Shown: positions 32,892 through 53,740 of the stretch, piece by piece
Position numbering within the stretch: the first letter of the stretch is position 1
Layout: each line of letters starts with the position of its first letter
DNA from: Chrysomallon squamiferum
Lineage: Eukaryota; Animalia; Mollusca
Reading direction: 5' to 3'
NCBI GenBank assembly: GCA_012295275.1
Contig: CM022668.1
Span: forward strand, 5,828,001-5,892,000
DNA: 64,000 nucleotides
Program-made: the position numbers and the translations under genes
Notes under the pieces: generated by a model
What the model was told of the DNA's origin: nothing
The model's database searches: none
The model's input: only the letters and a program-made list of their open reading frames with translations

Positions 32892-33629
32892 AAGGACAAG
32901 ATAAGCGTGCGACAAATTCTCTACCACTGTCGGGTCGATGTCGCGTGCGCACGTGCGCACGTGCGAGAACAGGTCGTTAATTGCAGTGATGTTCATTTTA
33001 CATGCGATTGTCTCTCTTTGAAAGAACTCTTTTAGCTAGTGAGATAAAAATATTATTGTCAATTTAATATTAAATTTTATTATATTATATTATATTATAT
33101 TATATTATATTATATATTTTTTTTCATTAATATCTTTTATTATTTTTATTTTTATTTTATATATCTATATATAAATGTATTTATTTTATTTTATTTTATT
33201 TTATTTTGTTGGTTTTTTTTTTGTATTATTATTTTTTATTCCTTTTTCACGTAAATTTTTATCGTTGTTAGACATGTGATATAATTTTATTTCGAATTTT
33301 TTATTTATTCTTTTTTTTTTTCAGGAAATTTGAAATAATAGATTTTATTTGTTTTCTACAATCGTAAATTTAATTGGATTTGAAAATCAGTTTTTAGATT
33401 TATATACACCGTATTACTATAATTTATTTTATTATTATTAATTTTTTTTTTCTTATTTATTTTTGAGGAATCTTTATTTTCTTCTTCTTCTTCTTCTTTT
33501 TTTAACTTCCTTTCCTTTCCGTTTTGTTTCTTCTTTATTTTTTATTTTCTTCATTTTTTTGAATTATTATAATTTATCACTCTTATTCTTCTTACGTTTA
33601 GATGATTTTATTATTTTGTATTTTATATT

Positions 33630-33697
<68 letters not shown>

Positions 33698-33901
33698 CCC
33701 GTTTTTGTTACATACAAAATGTGAATCTATCTTTCTTCTTTTCTTTTTGTTTTTGTTTTGTTTTTCATTCCTTCAGCTTTGTTTATTTTTTTTATGAACG
33801 TAAACATCCCCGTGAACACAAATTTATTAATTATTTCAGTGACAGATAAAATATAGAGATTCCAAACCACAAAAAAATATTTTAGTCGAAATCACATAAA
33901 G

Positions 33902-33943
<42 letters not shown>

Positions 33944-34989
33944 GTTGAAAATAAATTATAAATAAATAAATAAGAATAAAATAAAATAAATTAAAATAGA
34001 ATAGAATAGAAAAGAATAGAATAAAATAAAGGAAATAAGCAAATACATAAAATATCAAACAAATAATGAATACATTAATGATAACTAAAAATGAGACTTA
34101 AACTATATTTATATATATATATATATATATATATTAGAATAATTTGTTTACTTCATTATTATTATTATTATTATTATTGTTATATTATTATATTGTTATT
34201 ATATTATTATTATTATTATATTATTACTGAACGTATATGATTTCTTTCTTTCGTTAATAAAAAATAATATTTACAAATGATTTATATTAGTGAAAATAAT
34301 AATTTTTGATATACTTTACTTCCTTTCTTTTAATTTCATATATGCATATGTATAGATGTATATATGTATGTATGTATGTGTATACACATATAGACATATA
34401 TATATATATATAAATGATTGTAATAATGAAAGTATAATAATATCAAACTAGCCTTTCAATCAGTTATTTGTTTTTCTTTCATTCCATCCTTCATTTTCTT
34501 TTTTTTTTCGTCAGTGAAATAAAAAAAAGAATATTAATATCATTAATGCTAGATTCACTCTGATATTTTCTATATAATAATAACAATAATAATAATGATA
34601 GCAATAATTATAACAATAACAACAACAACAACAGTAACAGAACGGGAAGATGAAGAAGAACAAAATAACAACAACAATCTATACAATTACTACTACATGA
34701 ACTGTTATTACTAGTACTACTACCACATAAAAACATCGACAACAACTACAACTAATATTATTACTATTACTACCACTACAATTACTACTACTACTATTAC
34801 TGCTACTACTACTACTACTAATACTACTTCTACTAGTACTACTACAGTTAGGGGAAGAAGAAAAATAATTATTAATATTTCCACTATACGACGAAACCGT
34901 CACCAACAACATCCACAACTACTACGACTATTACTACAAATACTGCTACTTTTACTAATATTTATTATTATTATTATTATTATTATTTA

Positions 34990-35045
<56 letters not shown>

Positions 35046-35750
35046 AATAATATCATTACATTTATTATTATTATTATTAATGTATTTATTTATTTTTTAT
35101 ATTAATATATTTTTTTTAATCATAATTATAATAGCATTATGTCCATCTAGTTTTCATAATGGTGTATATATATCGTATTAACGGTATGAAATAAAAAGTA
35201 ATATAATATGTCTTATTTGATAACTGTCGTACAAGTCAATAATAACCTGTCAAGAAGAGTAACAGTCAACTTGTAAAAATAACAGCGATCACTTCATTAT
35301 TCCTCACTGTTGTTTGTTTCAATTAAATTAATTTCATCCCCTTTTACAAGATCAACGTACATTTGTTTCACAGGGGAGCCTTGAATTCTTCTTTTCAAAA
35401 AAAACAAAAAAAAGTCTCTTTGTGATTAAATTCGGAAAAAAAAAACAAAAAAAAAAACAATTATCTTTTCTCGCTTAGGGACCTAGACAAGCGACTCGAC
35501 TGGTTCTGACCAAAAGAACAGAAGCTCGCGTGCGTAACCGCGGATGTCACGCGACTTTTGCCGCCTTTCAATTGAACGATCTCGCGCTGAGTTGATGATA
35601 CGAAAGCGGCCGAAGAATTCGATTCGGGAAATTACGCTGCAAATTATCGTCAATTAACTCGGCTCGGGTCGCGCTCTTGTCATTTTCGTTTAATCATGCC
35701 ACGTAAAATAAATAAATTGATGCAGCTGATGCACAGAGAATACATATACA

Positions 35751-35829
<79 letters not shown>

Positions 35830-35879
35830 GTCTGTCTGTCTGTCTCTCTCTAGTGATAACATAATAATAATAATTGTAA

Positions 35880-35910
<31 letters not shown>

Positions 35911-36007
35911 AACAATAATAATTTTAGAGGTAGTAATAGTATGAATAAATGAATTTATAAAAAGTATTAAAAAAAAAAAATAAAATAAAATAAATAAATA
36001 ATACATA

Positions 36008-36064
<57 letters not shown>

Positions 36065-38136
36065 TGTAAAAATAATAATCATAAATAAAATAAAATAAAA
36101 CATAAATAAATAAATAAATAAATAAATGTAAAAGTTATTGACAAAACAATTTCTCAAAAATCGCTTAATACGAACTGAGATTTGGGAAAATGATGAGTTA
36201 TCTTTCATTGATTTCCTCAAAACATAATTGCAATAATAACACTCAATCATAAACATATTATTACAAAGAATTAAATATCTTATTACTTTTTATATTAATA
36301 TGCTTCTAGATTATGGGGATATAGATTTACAAAGAAAACTTAGATGACATGAAAACAGTGATGGAAAAGATATTTAGGCTGTTGATGAATGATGATGATG
36401 ATGATGATTATAAAGATGAAGAAGAAGAAACAAAAAAGAAATAAAAATAAAACTATAATAAGATCAATAATAAGTATCAAATTTATTTAATAAATATTAA
36501 ATGATAAAGGAAGACTGAAAAGAAAAATCTCTAAATATTAGTAATAACAACAACAACAAAAAAAACAATAAAAAAAGAATAAATAAAGGAATGAAAACAC
36601 GAGCGAACGAACGAATAAAATCAACCAGAGATAAAGATGAATAAATAGAAGAAAGAAAGAAAGAAAGAAACAAACAAACAAACAAAATACAACTCAAATC
36701 ACCTCCCCCCCAAACAAAAAACAGACAACCGGACAAGATAAAAAAAAAAAAAAAAAAAAAAAACTGAAAGTAAATAAATAAAGAAAGAAAGAAAGAAAGA
36801 AGAAAATAAATAAATAAATACGAATATATATATAAATAAATGAGTGAATGAATAAATAAAAAATAAAAAAAAAACAAATAAATAAATAATTAAATAAGAA
36901 TATAAATAAATAAACAATCAAACCAATAAACAAATACATAAATAAATTCGAATATAAAAATTAATAAATAAAATAAATAAATTAACAAATAAATAAACAA
37001 ATTCGAATATAAATAAATAAATAAACTAACTAAATAAATAAATAAATAAAACGTCGATGTGTTACAGATTACACAATTTTTCACGCCAGATTTCAGCATC
37101 AACAACAGCAACAACAAAAGGCGTCATTATCGTCTCAGCTTGTTGCTTGTCAACGAACAGCTTTGACAACGTAAACGACGTGGCCGATGGGGAAATCAGA
37201 TAAGTCAAAAAGTCGCCTAAAGATTTTCATCTCCATTTTTTTTTTTTTTTTTTTTTTTTTTCATGCTTTTTAAACTCGGACGGGTCGCTCAAACGCATCT
37301 GAGCGCTTAGCAGACGCCAATAAAGTGTGAAGTTAGAAAGTAACGTGCTATTAACCAAAACGTCATCGAGTCGGTTTCAATGCGACACGCAAGCCCTCAA
37401 CGACAAGATCTGGAGGAGTTTTGATTTACTACGAAACGACCTCAAGCCTATCTTGATTTCTGATCGGCTCACCTTAAAGGCAGACGCAGCAGGCAGCCAT
37501 ATTTGCCCTGTCCTTTTGTCGCGGGAAAACCCATTAGCCGTGCGAGAAATCGCGACCTTTGACCTCGTTTGTTTCCGCCGTGCCAATTTAACGTTTCCGC
37601 CTCGCCGTCAGGGTTTTATGAAAGAATAAACCCCGGTTTATGGGCGCTGACTGCAACACCCCACCCACCCCTTACCGCCCTCCTTTTCCTTTATTTTCTT
37701 TCTTCACCAACATTTTTCTGTTTTTAATGTTATACCGGTTTAAATGGCTTTTTTATTATTATTATTATTATTATTTTTATTTTTTTTTTTTATTTTTTTT
37801 TTTTGACTTCCTTATTTATACGGTGAAAATGTAATTGCCTGAAGGCGTTCAATTAATCTCCCCTTGCTAATTTCACAGGCCGGTAGATGGCGCGTGGTTA
37901 AACCGCCATAATGTTTCCGATTACGTGCCAGGTGACAAGATTCAAACTATAATTATTTTCGAGTCGCTTCTTTTTTCATTCTTTTTCTTCCTTTTCTTCC
38001 TTTTTTATCTTTCTGTTTTCGCCGTCAACGCTGATGTTATTGCTGGTAAAAAAACCAACTACGTCCTTCCTGTTGTCAACAAAGTACACATAATAGTAAA
38101 TGTTTTTTTTTTTTTTTCTCATGTTATTTAGGATAT

Positions 38137-38216
<80 letters not shown>

Positions 38217-39008
38217 CTTCTAATTTCTACCTATATATCTAAACAGTCTATTATTAGTAGTAGTAATATTAGTATTATTATTAGTTTTAGTATTAGTATT
38301 AGTATTAATATTAGTATTGTTATTGTTGTTCTTGCAAGTAGTTTTTTTTTTTTTTTTTATTTTGTTTCTTCATCTTCATCTTTTTTTATTTATTTCTTTT
38401 TCTTTTTATTTCTTTCTTTTTTTAAATTTATCATTATTGTAATTCACTTGTAATTTAAGTTTTACATTTCATGGAAACTGGGTAACTATGATTGTGCGCA
38501 TTTAATTTTCGACACAGTATGAGAGAGAATTCTAAAAAGAAATGACAATAAAATAAACAGATAAACAAATAAATAAATAAACAAACAAACAAACAAATAA
38601 GTAAATAAATAAATAAATATGTACAAAAATAAACAATGAGTTAAAAAAAAAAAGAAAATTCATTACTACTTAAACAACACTAAAAAACACGGTACTCAGT
38701 CTTTCACAGCATTTTCCATCACTGCTTGGTAACTTTCAACCGTGCAAACTTTAATACACTCACAGCAGATTTCATCCATAAATAGATGCGTATAACAAAC
38801 CCACTCTTTCTAATTGTTGAGAAAAACAACACCTAGAAGATGAAATCTGATGTTAAATCGTGACTGGCTACTTTTTCAATTAAAGTATTTCTGCTAAAAC
38901 CGCGTGTGTCGTATAAAAATGAAAGTACCAGCAACTCATCCTATCACAAGCTGGTTAAGGGGAGATAATAAATAAATAATACGTAGTTATGCTGTAGAGG
39001 TGTCCTGA

Positions 39009-39107
39009 ACGACGACCGTGACAACGTCTGCGTTGTACAAACATCCTGTTTTGAGCAGTGACGTAGTTAGAAGATACTACACTTACAAACGAGAGAAGAA
39101 TTTGCGA
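39009..39107. repeat. Partial third copy of the inverted-repeat arm, in direct orientation to 39384-39494, with a ~12-bp internal deletion
   Basis: acgacgaccgtgacaac.tctgcgttgtacaaacatcctgttt...tgagcagtgacgtagttagaagatactacacttacaaacgagagaagaatttgcga is shared. Confidence 0.9.
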
Positions 39108-39132
39108 GAGAGAGAGAGAGAGAGATACACAC

Positions 39133-39225
<93 letters not shown>

Positions 39226-39226
39226 C

Positions 39227-39709
39227 ACATAAGAGATACACATATAACTAGTAAAACACCAGTACTAAGTATTGAATACTAACATATTTGTATAAGAAAT
39301 AGATAAAAGGTTTATCGACAACTTACTTTCATTACTAAGCGAAGGTGTATAACTATGAATACTGTTGATGTTATCGTTATACTACGACGACCGTGACAAC
39401 TTCTGCGTTGTACAAACATCCTGTTTCCATTCATAGTTTGAGCAGTGACGTAGTTAGAAGATACTACACTTACAAACGAGAGAAGAATTTGCGATTGTTT
39501 TAATTTTGTTGACAAGGAAACGAGTAAGTTTCATTGCCTTGACTCATGTTTACAAGAATTTCATTTAGGCTGTACACACATTGTTTACATCGATTATTGT
39601 TATTATTTATTTTTATTATCTTCGTTTTTATTTCCTGGTTGCTGATAGATTTTTCCAAATAGATTTTTCATTCATTATTTTTGTGAATATTATTTACTGT
39701 ACTTTAATT
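39227..39709 (-). repeat. Left arm of ~480-bp inverted repeat (partner 42481-42962)
   Basis: Reverse-complement match read by eye, with about 7-8 differences. The identical 67-aa ORFs on opposite strands (39312-39515 and 42674-42877) reflect it. Confidence 0.95.
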
Positions 39710-39716
39710 TTTTTAA

Positions 39717-39764
<48 letters not shown>

Positions 39765-40019
39765 GCATTGACGCAGGAAAGAAAAAATTATGAAGGAGCA
39801 ATATTTTAACTCACAGACTAACACAAGAAATCGAATAAAACCATGTCTCGCCGTAAAAACCGAAGTTTAAAGAACATTTTACTTTATACATAATTTTCAG
39901 AAATATCTTCTCAGGACCTCCGTAAAAACACATTTCCTGATGTTTTAAAAACAAATTCATCAAAACGTGCCTAAGTACTTTGAAATATGTCCGAGGATAC
40001 GCTATTATAAGCATGCTTT

Positions 40020-42190
<2,171 letters not shown>

Positions 42191-42480
42191 CCTGTGTACG
42201 ATATGACGTCACGATAAGTGCAAAATGTAGGTTCCGTAATTTTAGTAATAAAATATGTAATACTGACAATAACAACAATATTAATGATGATGATGATGAC
42301 GACGATGATGATAATTATGATAATGACAAAATCTATAATAACAATGTAATAATAATAATAATAATAATCATGATAATGATTATGAAAATATTGCAACACC
42401 AATATCAACCAAAATAACATTAACAAAAAAAAAAAATATATACAAATTATTTTTATAATAAAATAAAAAAAATTTAATTA

Positions 42481-42962
42481 AATTAAAATACAGTAAATAA
42501 TATTCACAAAAATAATGAATGAAAAATCTATTTGGAAAAATCTATCAGCAACAAGGAAATAAAAACGAAGATAATAAAAAAAATAATAACAATAATCGAT
42601 GTAAACAATGTGTGTACAGCCTAAAGGAAATTCTTGTAAACATGAGTCAAGCCAATGAAACTTAGTCGTTTCCTTGTCAACAAAATTAAAACAATCGCAA
42701 ATTCTTCTCTCGTTTGTAAGTGTAGTATCTTCTAACTACGTCACTGCTCAAACTATGAATGGAAACAGGATGTTTGTACAACGCAGAAGTTGTCACGGTC
42801 GTCGTAGTATAACGATAACATCAACAGTATTCATAGTTATACACCTTCGCTTAGTAATGAAAGTAAGTTGTCGATAACCCTTTTATCTATTTCTTATACA
42901 AATATGTTAGTATTCAATACTTAGTACTGGTGTTTTACTAGTTATATGTGTATCTCTTATGT
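42481..42962 (+). repeat. Right arm of ~480-bp inverted repeat (partner 39227-39709)
   Basis: Reverse complement of the left arm. The outer flank is (CT)n, mirroring (GA)n outside the left arm. Confidence 0.95.
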
Positions 42963-42971
42963 TTCTGCTTT

Positions 42972-43135
<164 letters not shown>

Positions 43136-43324
43136 AGGTTTCCGTGTTTATGTAATATTATGTATGAATTTCCGCTTCTCTATCTTTCCACTATATATCT
43201 ATGAATCATCTCTCCCCCCCCTTTCTCTAACAATAAGAACGTGTTTAATTAGATCCATGATTCATATCTACTCTGTTTTCACCCACTATATTTCACCAAC
43301 TTCAAGTACAAGCACAAACATGCA

Positions 43325-43394
<70 letters not shown>

Positions 43395-43797
43395 GACAGA
43401 CAGGCAGACACGCGGGCCATTTACAAAATATAATATCGACATAAAGTTCATCACGATAACATCAAAGAAATGACAAAACAGTGGATTAACAACTATAATG
43501 ATCATATTAAAGAGATCGTATTTGATAACCTTTGACCCCCTGATTTCGTAATTATTGATAATAGAGACCGCCTGTGTACACCTCACCTTTACATCATGAC
43601 ACAGGCTGAATGAAACAGAAAGGTAATTGCGACTTCGTGAAATGTCAGTCATATCGTATGACCCACAATACCAGTTATTTCACTACGTACTTGTAGACAT
43701 TTACCGTTACAATTTTAACGGATTTATAAATAGCATTTCCTGCAGTGATATCACCATAAACTACGATCATATATTTAATAGAGGAAATTCAGTGGTG

Positions 43798-43860
43798 TAT
43801 ATAAAAATAGGGAAAGTTGTTTTCAGTTTCATTCTCAAGTTTCCTCATATACGCACAGAG
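43798..43860 (+). promoter_or_regulatory. Putative TIMP promoter and non-coding first exon (about 43825-43860)
   Basis: TATATAAA at 43798, initiator-like TCAGTT at 43823-43828 and donor CAGAG|gtttgt at 43860. A matching acceptor ttttcag ends at 44528, 16 nt before the ATG. Confidence 0.55.
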
Positions 43861-44544
43861 GTTTGTTTGTTGTGTTATATTTTTTCTTTTATTTATTCAT
43901 TCCTTCATTCATTTTTCCTTTATTATTATTTTTTTTTTTTTTTTTTGTTTCTCTTTTACTTATTTCTCTAAATACTGAACTGTTTGTTTATTTGTTTATA
44001 AATTATTTATCTAATTATATTGTAATTTGATTTATTTGTGTGTCAGTTTGAGTAGTGGTATTTGTAAAACTGATATTTTCTTAAATCTAGTTTAAAACCA
44101 GATCCTCGATATTTCAAATGTATTGACGTATATAAAATTCAGAATTGATAACAGGTTTTCCGGAAAAATTCGTGATATATCTGAATACTACTACTACTAC
44201 TACTACTACTACTATTACTACTGCTGCTGCTACTACTACTACTAGTAATAATAATATAAATATTAATAAAGATAACACTATAATAATAAAAATATATTTT
44301 ATTATTAAGAAAATATTAACATTTTTACTTTTTTATTTTAGAGATAAATTGTATTGATAATCATCGGTTTTGTCCTCTGCTTATTTATTTATATACTTAC
44401 CTTCTTTTATATTTATTTATTTATTTATTTTTTTATTTACTAATTAATTTATTGATTTACTTACTTTCTTATTTACTTTTCTTCTTCCTTGCTTACTTAT
44501 TCATTCATTTATATTCATTTATTTTCAGAACTACAGAGTTCGCC

Positions 44545-44995
44545 ATGTTTGTTAAAATCGTCTGTTTTTTCTTGCTCGCCATGGCGGGAATTGATGACGT
44601 CATCGGCTGTTCCTGTCGAGTAGCCCCTGCCACTGAACATCTGTGTGACCCCGACCACTTTGGTAAATTTATATTTAGTAAAGTTTAGACCTAGGTCTTG
44701 ACGTAATAAGATTTCTGTTAGATTTTGTTGCTGTTATTTTTGGCACACCAAACATTAAACTAATAAAGAATTAATTTAATGCTATTCGAATTTTTTATTT
44801 TTTATTATTATTATTTTTTTAACAGTTTTGTCGCCATCATAGTAGCCAATATGGCGTCGACTACTTAACTTTATAAGTTCATTTTCAGTTAAACTACTGT
44901 TCTTGGTTATAATGGATAAGTTCCCCCCTCCCCATTTCACTGTTTCGCTTCTTCTTCTTCTTCTTCTTCTTCACTGTTGTCGTTGTCATTGTCAA

Positions 44996-45043
<48 letters not shown>

Positions 45044-45397
45044 ATCCATCACTGTCATTGTCATTATCATCAACATTATGATTACGATTATTATTATTTC
45101 TTTTACTATTACAATTAGTATTACTTGTTGTTGTTACTATTATTATTATTATTATTATTACTATTTTTTTTATATATCCATCACTGTCATTGTCATTATC
45201 ATCAACATTATGATTACGATTATTATTATTTCTTTTACTATTACAATTATTATTACTTGTTGTTGTTACTATTATTATTATTATTATTATTACTATTATT
45301 ATTTTTATATATCCATCACTGTCATTGTCATTATCATCAACATTATGATTACGATTATTATTATTTCTTTTACTATTACAATTATTATTACTTGTTC

Positions 45398-45435
<38 letters not shown>

Positions 45436-46044
45436 TTTAATTTTCAGTTATCAAAGGAACCGTGCAGGAAATTAAAAGATACTCTTACTTTTCAAGTCTT
45501 CACGTTGTTTCCGTCGATGAGGAATTTTGGGTAAGATTTGTAACAGCAACGACGACAACAGCTATAATATACTACTATTCTGATTTTATCAGTGTTCTTT
45601 GGAATTAATAAATCTTTACATTTTATATTTTATTTTATTTTATTTTATTTTATTTTTTATTTTATTTTATAATTATAACAATTAAAACTGAAGCATATTT
45701 TATTTTTGGACTTTTAGTATTAGTTGTTACTATTGTTGTTGTTTTTGTTGTCATTTATTTATATTCTATTTATTTATTTATTTATTTTATTTCTTTTATA
45801 TTTTTTTAATATTAAATTTTTATTTTGTATTATTTTTATTTTTATTTTAATTCATTTATTTTATTTATTTATTTATTTTTTTTAAATATTATATTTTTAA
45901 ATTTTATTTTTTTATTTTAATTTATTTTTTTCAGCTTCCGAGACAAGCCTCCGGCAAAAAACAAATTTCTATCAACATTCCGTCATACAGCAGTGCACTG
46001 TGTGCAGTGACATTGCAGCAAGGAACAACTTACTTTATTACAGG

Positions 46045-46111
<67 letters not shown>

Positions 46112-46454
46112 ATGAAAAATGTGTGTTTATCTAGCATTTTTTTTTTTCTTCATCTTTTATCTTTTCGTTTCTTTTTTCTTTTCTTGTAAATTTTTTTTTT
46201 CTTTTTATTAATATTATTTATTTATTTATTTATTTGTGTGTTTTTGTGTGTCTGTCTGTCTGTTCATCCTTTCTTTCATTGCATAATGTCCCAGTTATTT
46301 TGTCAACCTGTGTATCACTATCGTCTTCTTTGTTTCAGGTTTTTACCACGACAATCGTTTTGCAACAAATCTTTGCTATCAGATTTTCACCTGGGACGAT
46401 ACCCGAGATGAAATCATAGACGCTGTAAGAGAACATTTACCTTGTGCCAAATAA
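44545..46454 (+). CDS. TIMP: Secreted single-domain TIMP (N-TIMP/NTR fold), 141 aa; exons 44545-44662, 45448-45530, 45935-46043, 46339-46454
   Basis: Signal peptide MFVKIVCFFLLAMAGIDDVIG, then mature N-terminal CSC, LCDPDHFVIKGTV (compare TIMP FC..D.VIRAK), SSALCAVTL, YFITG, NLC and PCAK*. Six Cys in N-TIMP spacing. All introns GT-AG with compatible phases (1,0,1). Confidence 0.9.
45041..45435. repeat. Three tandem copies of a ~135-bp unit in TIMP intron 1
   Basis: tatatccatcactgtcattgtcattatcatcaacattatgattacgattattattatttcttttactattacaatta starts at about 45041, 45173 and 45307. Confidence 0.85.
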
Positions 46455-46715
46455 AACCACCACCAATCCATTTTCTCAATAATTTATTAATTTTATGTAT
46501 AATTAATTTAATATTAAAAATTATGAAAAAAATACTGACGTTTTATTTGTTTATAATCTCGTTTTGTTCAGATCAACGATATGACGTAACGAAGTGAAAA
46601 CGTCAAGTTACGTGCATCAACAAAAGTTATCTTATTTTTATTCTTTGTTGTTAGGAAAGTGGGCTGCCCAGTAATGAATAAAACGGTGACTTCGAAGTTT
46701 AAAAATATTTTGGTC

Positions 46716-46786
<71 letters not shown>

Positions 46787-47117
46787 TAACAATAACAATA
46801 TATGTAATACTGACAATAACAACTGCAATAACAGTAACAATAACAACAACTCTAACAATGATTATGATGTTAAAAACTATAATAATAATAACAATAATAA
46901 TAATATATCTAATACTGACAATAACAATAGCAATAACAGCAACAATAACAACAACAATAACAATAACGATGATTATGATAATGATAAAAACTATAATAAT
47001 AATAATAATGATTATGATAATGATAAAAACAATAATAATAATAATAATGATTATGATAATGATAACAACTATAACAATAATAATAATAATCACGAGGCAG
47101 TTGAAATCGGAGAAAGT

Positions 47118-51506
<4,389 letters not shown>

Positions 51507-51981
51507 GACGGATCAAGTTGATGAAAATTAAAAGTGTCTGAAAAAAATAAAATAAAATAAAAGATGGTATGTTTATAATAGATTTTATTCATTAGCCATT
51601 CATTCAGATCACATACTGTTAAAATAACAATGACTGAAGTAATAATATAATGTAATATAATATAATATAAGATAATATAATATAATAATATATGATATCC
51701 ATAGCATAGCACAACATAGCATAGCATAACGTAACAAAACATAAAATATTATAGAACAGGATAGGACAGGATACAATACGATACGATGTAATGTACTGTA
51801 ATGTAACGCGATGTATGAAATATAATATATTTTATTACATAATCATATAAATTATAATGTCGTTACTGCGAGATGCCATTTTAATTCTAAACAGCTGAGA
51901 CAAATTTGATAATTCCCGTCTTTTAAACAGCTTTTGTCTATTTTGTTTCGAAATGACTGTCGCAATTTTAAATTAAGTTTA

Positions 51982-52050
<69 letters not shown>

Positions 52051-52269
52051 AAGAAATAGCATAACACGAAGACGAGTAACAACAATAAACACGATGATTA
52101 GATCAACAATAAAATACTGCAGATGATTCTTGTTATGCGTATTAATTTGTTGTTGCTATTGCCTATATTTTATGTCTATATGCAGTGTATAATAACAGTC
52201 AACAAAACCGTATCCATCAGCCCAATTTGTAAGTCTTTATATTATTTCCTTTATTTATAAAATAAATAT

Positions 52270-52800
52270 TATTCATACCGCTTTTCCTCATACCAAATTT
52301 TACCAGCAAAACGAGTACGAGTGACTTTTGTAAAACAGACTATACATGCAAAATACGTACCTTACTGGCATTTAGCTTTTAAAGAAGAGTTAACAAAAAT
52401 ACGCTGTTTTCAGCTGCTAATATATAATAAAACAAAAAGCGTAGTTAAAATTACTCGTTCGCTTTTCAATATGGCTGCTGATCCGCTCGCGCAGTGCTCT
52501 GCCAGCACGCGATAAGCCGGTAGCTAGCAGACGACAGCGCGAGCTAACCGCAGTCTAGGTCAATGTACTCTTGCACGCGGCACAGTTATTGAAAAAGTTG
52601 ATAATGTTATTTGTGTGTACGTAAAAAAAGACCCACATATATTCTGTTAAATAAATAACAGTTCAATCTGTAATTTTGTAATAAATACACGCAAACATTC
52701 GTTCAACTAAAACCGTAAATAATGTTTTATTTGTGGCGGAAGCGGGGGGGATCGATATACGGGCGAGTGAGAACCTACGCAAAGGGAAATAAACCGAACG
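52270..52800. promoter_or_regulatory. CpG-rich housekeeping-type promoter region and probable 5'-UTR exon(s) of the hAT-derived gene
   Basis: CpG-rich island with a YY1-like AATATGGC at about 52468. Minus-strand donor-like sites at 52361 (AAG|gtacgt) and 52279 (GCG|gtatga). Acceptor at 51537 upstream of the ATG. Confidence 0.4.
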
Positions 52801-52935
52801 ACCTTGTGAAAATGTTTTGTTACGCTGATCCGCGGATATAGTCTATTTCAGAAAACGTGACATAGTAAGTTATATTAAATTTTATTGTAAGTGCTGTATT
52901 AAATAGAGTGTGTATGTGTTGCTGCGTATGTTGTG

Positions 52936-52986
<51 letters not shown>

Positions 52987-53701
52987 TATAGTAGCAGTAG
53001 TATTCGTGGTAGTAATGGTATTGGAGGTAGTGGTAGTAGTAGTAATAGTAGTAGTAGTAGTAGCCAACAAGGATAATAATGACTTGTTTTTCTAACATAT
53101 AACAATTAGCTGCGAATATTAAATAATTAATTATTAATTTAATAATAATAAAAATAATAGTAATAATAATAATGAAAATATTGCAACACCAATAGCAACA
53201 CATTAGCTATTTATGTTTGTTTCTTGGCCAACGAAGCAAACAAAAATGTGGATAAAAATATGGGGGAATCTCAAAACAGACATAATATGCTATATTAACA
53301 TAACTGTTGTTGTCTTCGCTATCAAATTAAACTGAATGTTTTGTATTATTATTTACAATATTTGTAAAGATGCAGTGATATACAGGTAGGTGGTCATTAT
53401 TAATTAATTAATTAATTTATTTATGTTAACTTATTCATTTGTTATTACTCTTGATGAAATTAGTGTTGTTATTATTGTCGTTATTATTCTAATGTTGTTG
53501 TTGTTGTTGATGATGATGATGATACCACTGCTGTCGACTTCGTGTACTTCATTCTAATTCTACCCTTTCCCTCTCTGCTTTTGATATCACTTTGTGCTAT
53601 CATTCTTTTTTGTGCTAAAAATTGTGAAGTAAAAATTAGTTTTTAGAATATATTCTGTATGTGCTGCAATAGATATAGACAGACATTTACACACATATAT
53701 C

Positions 53702-53740
<39 letters not shown>

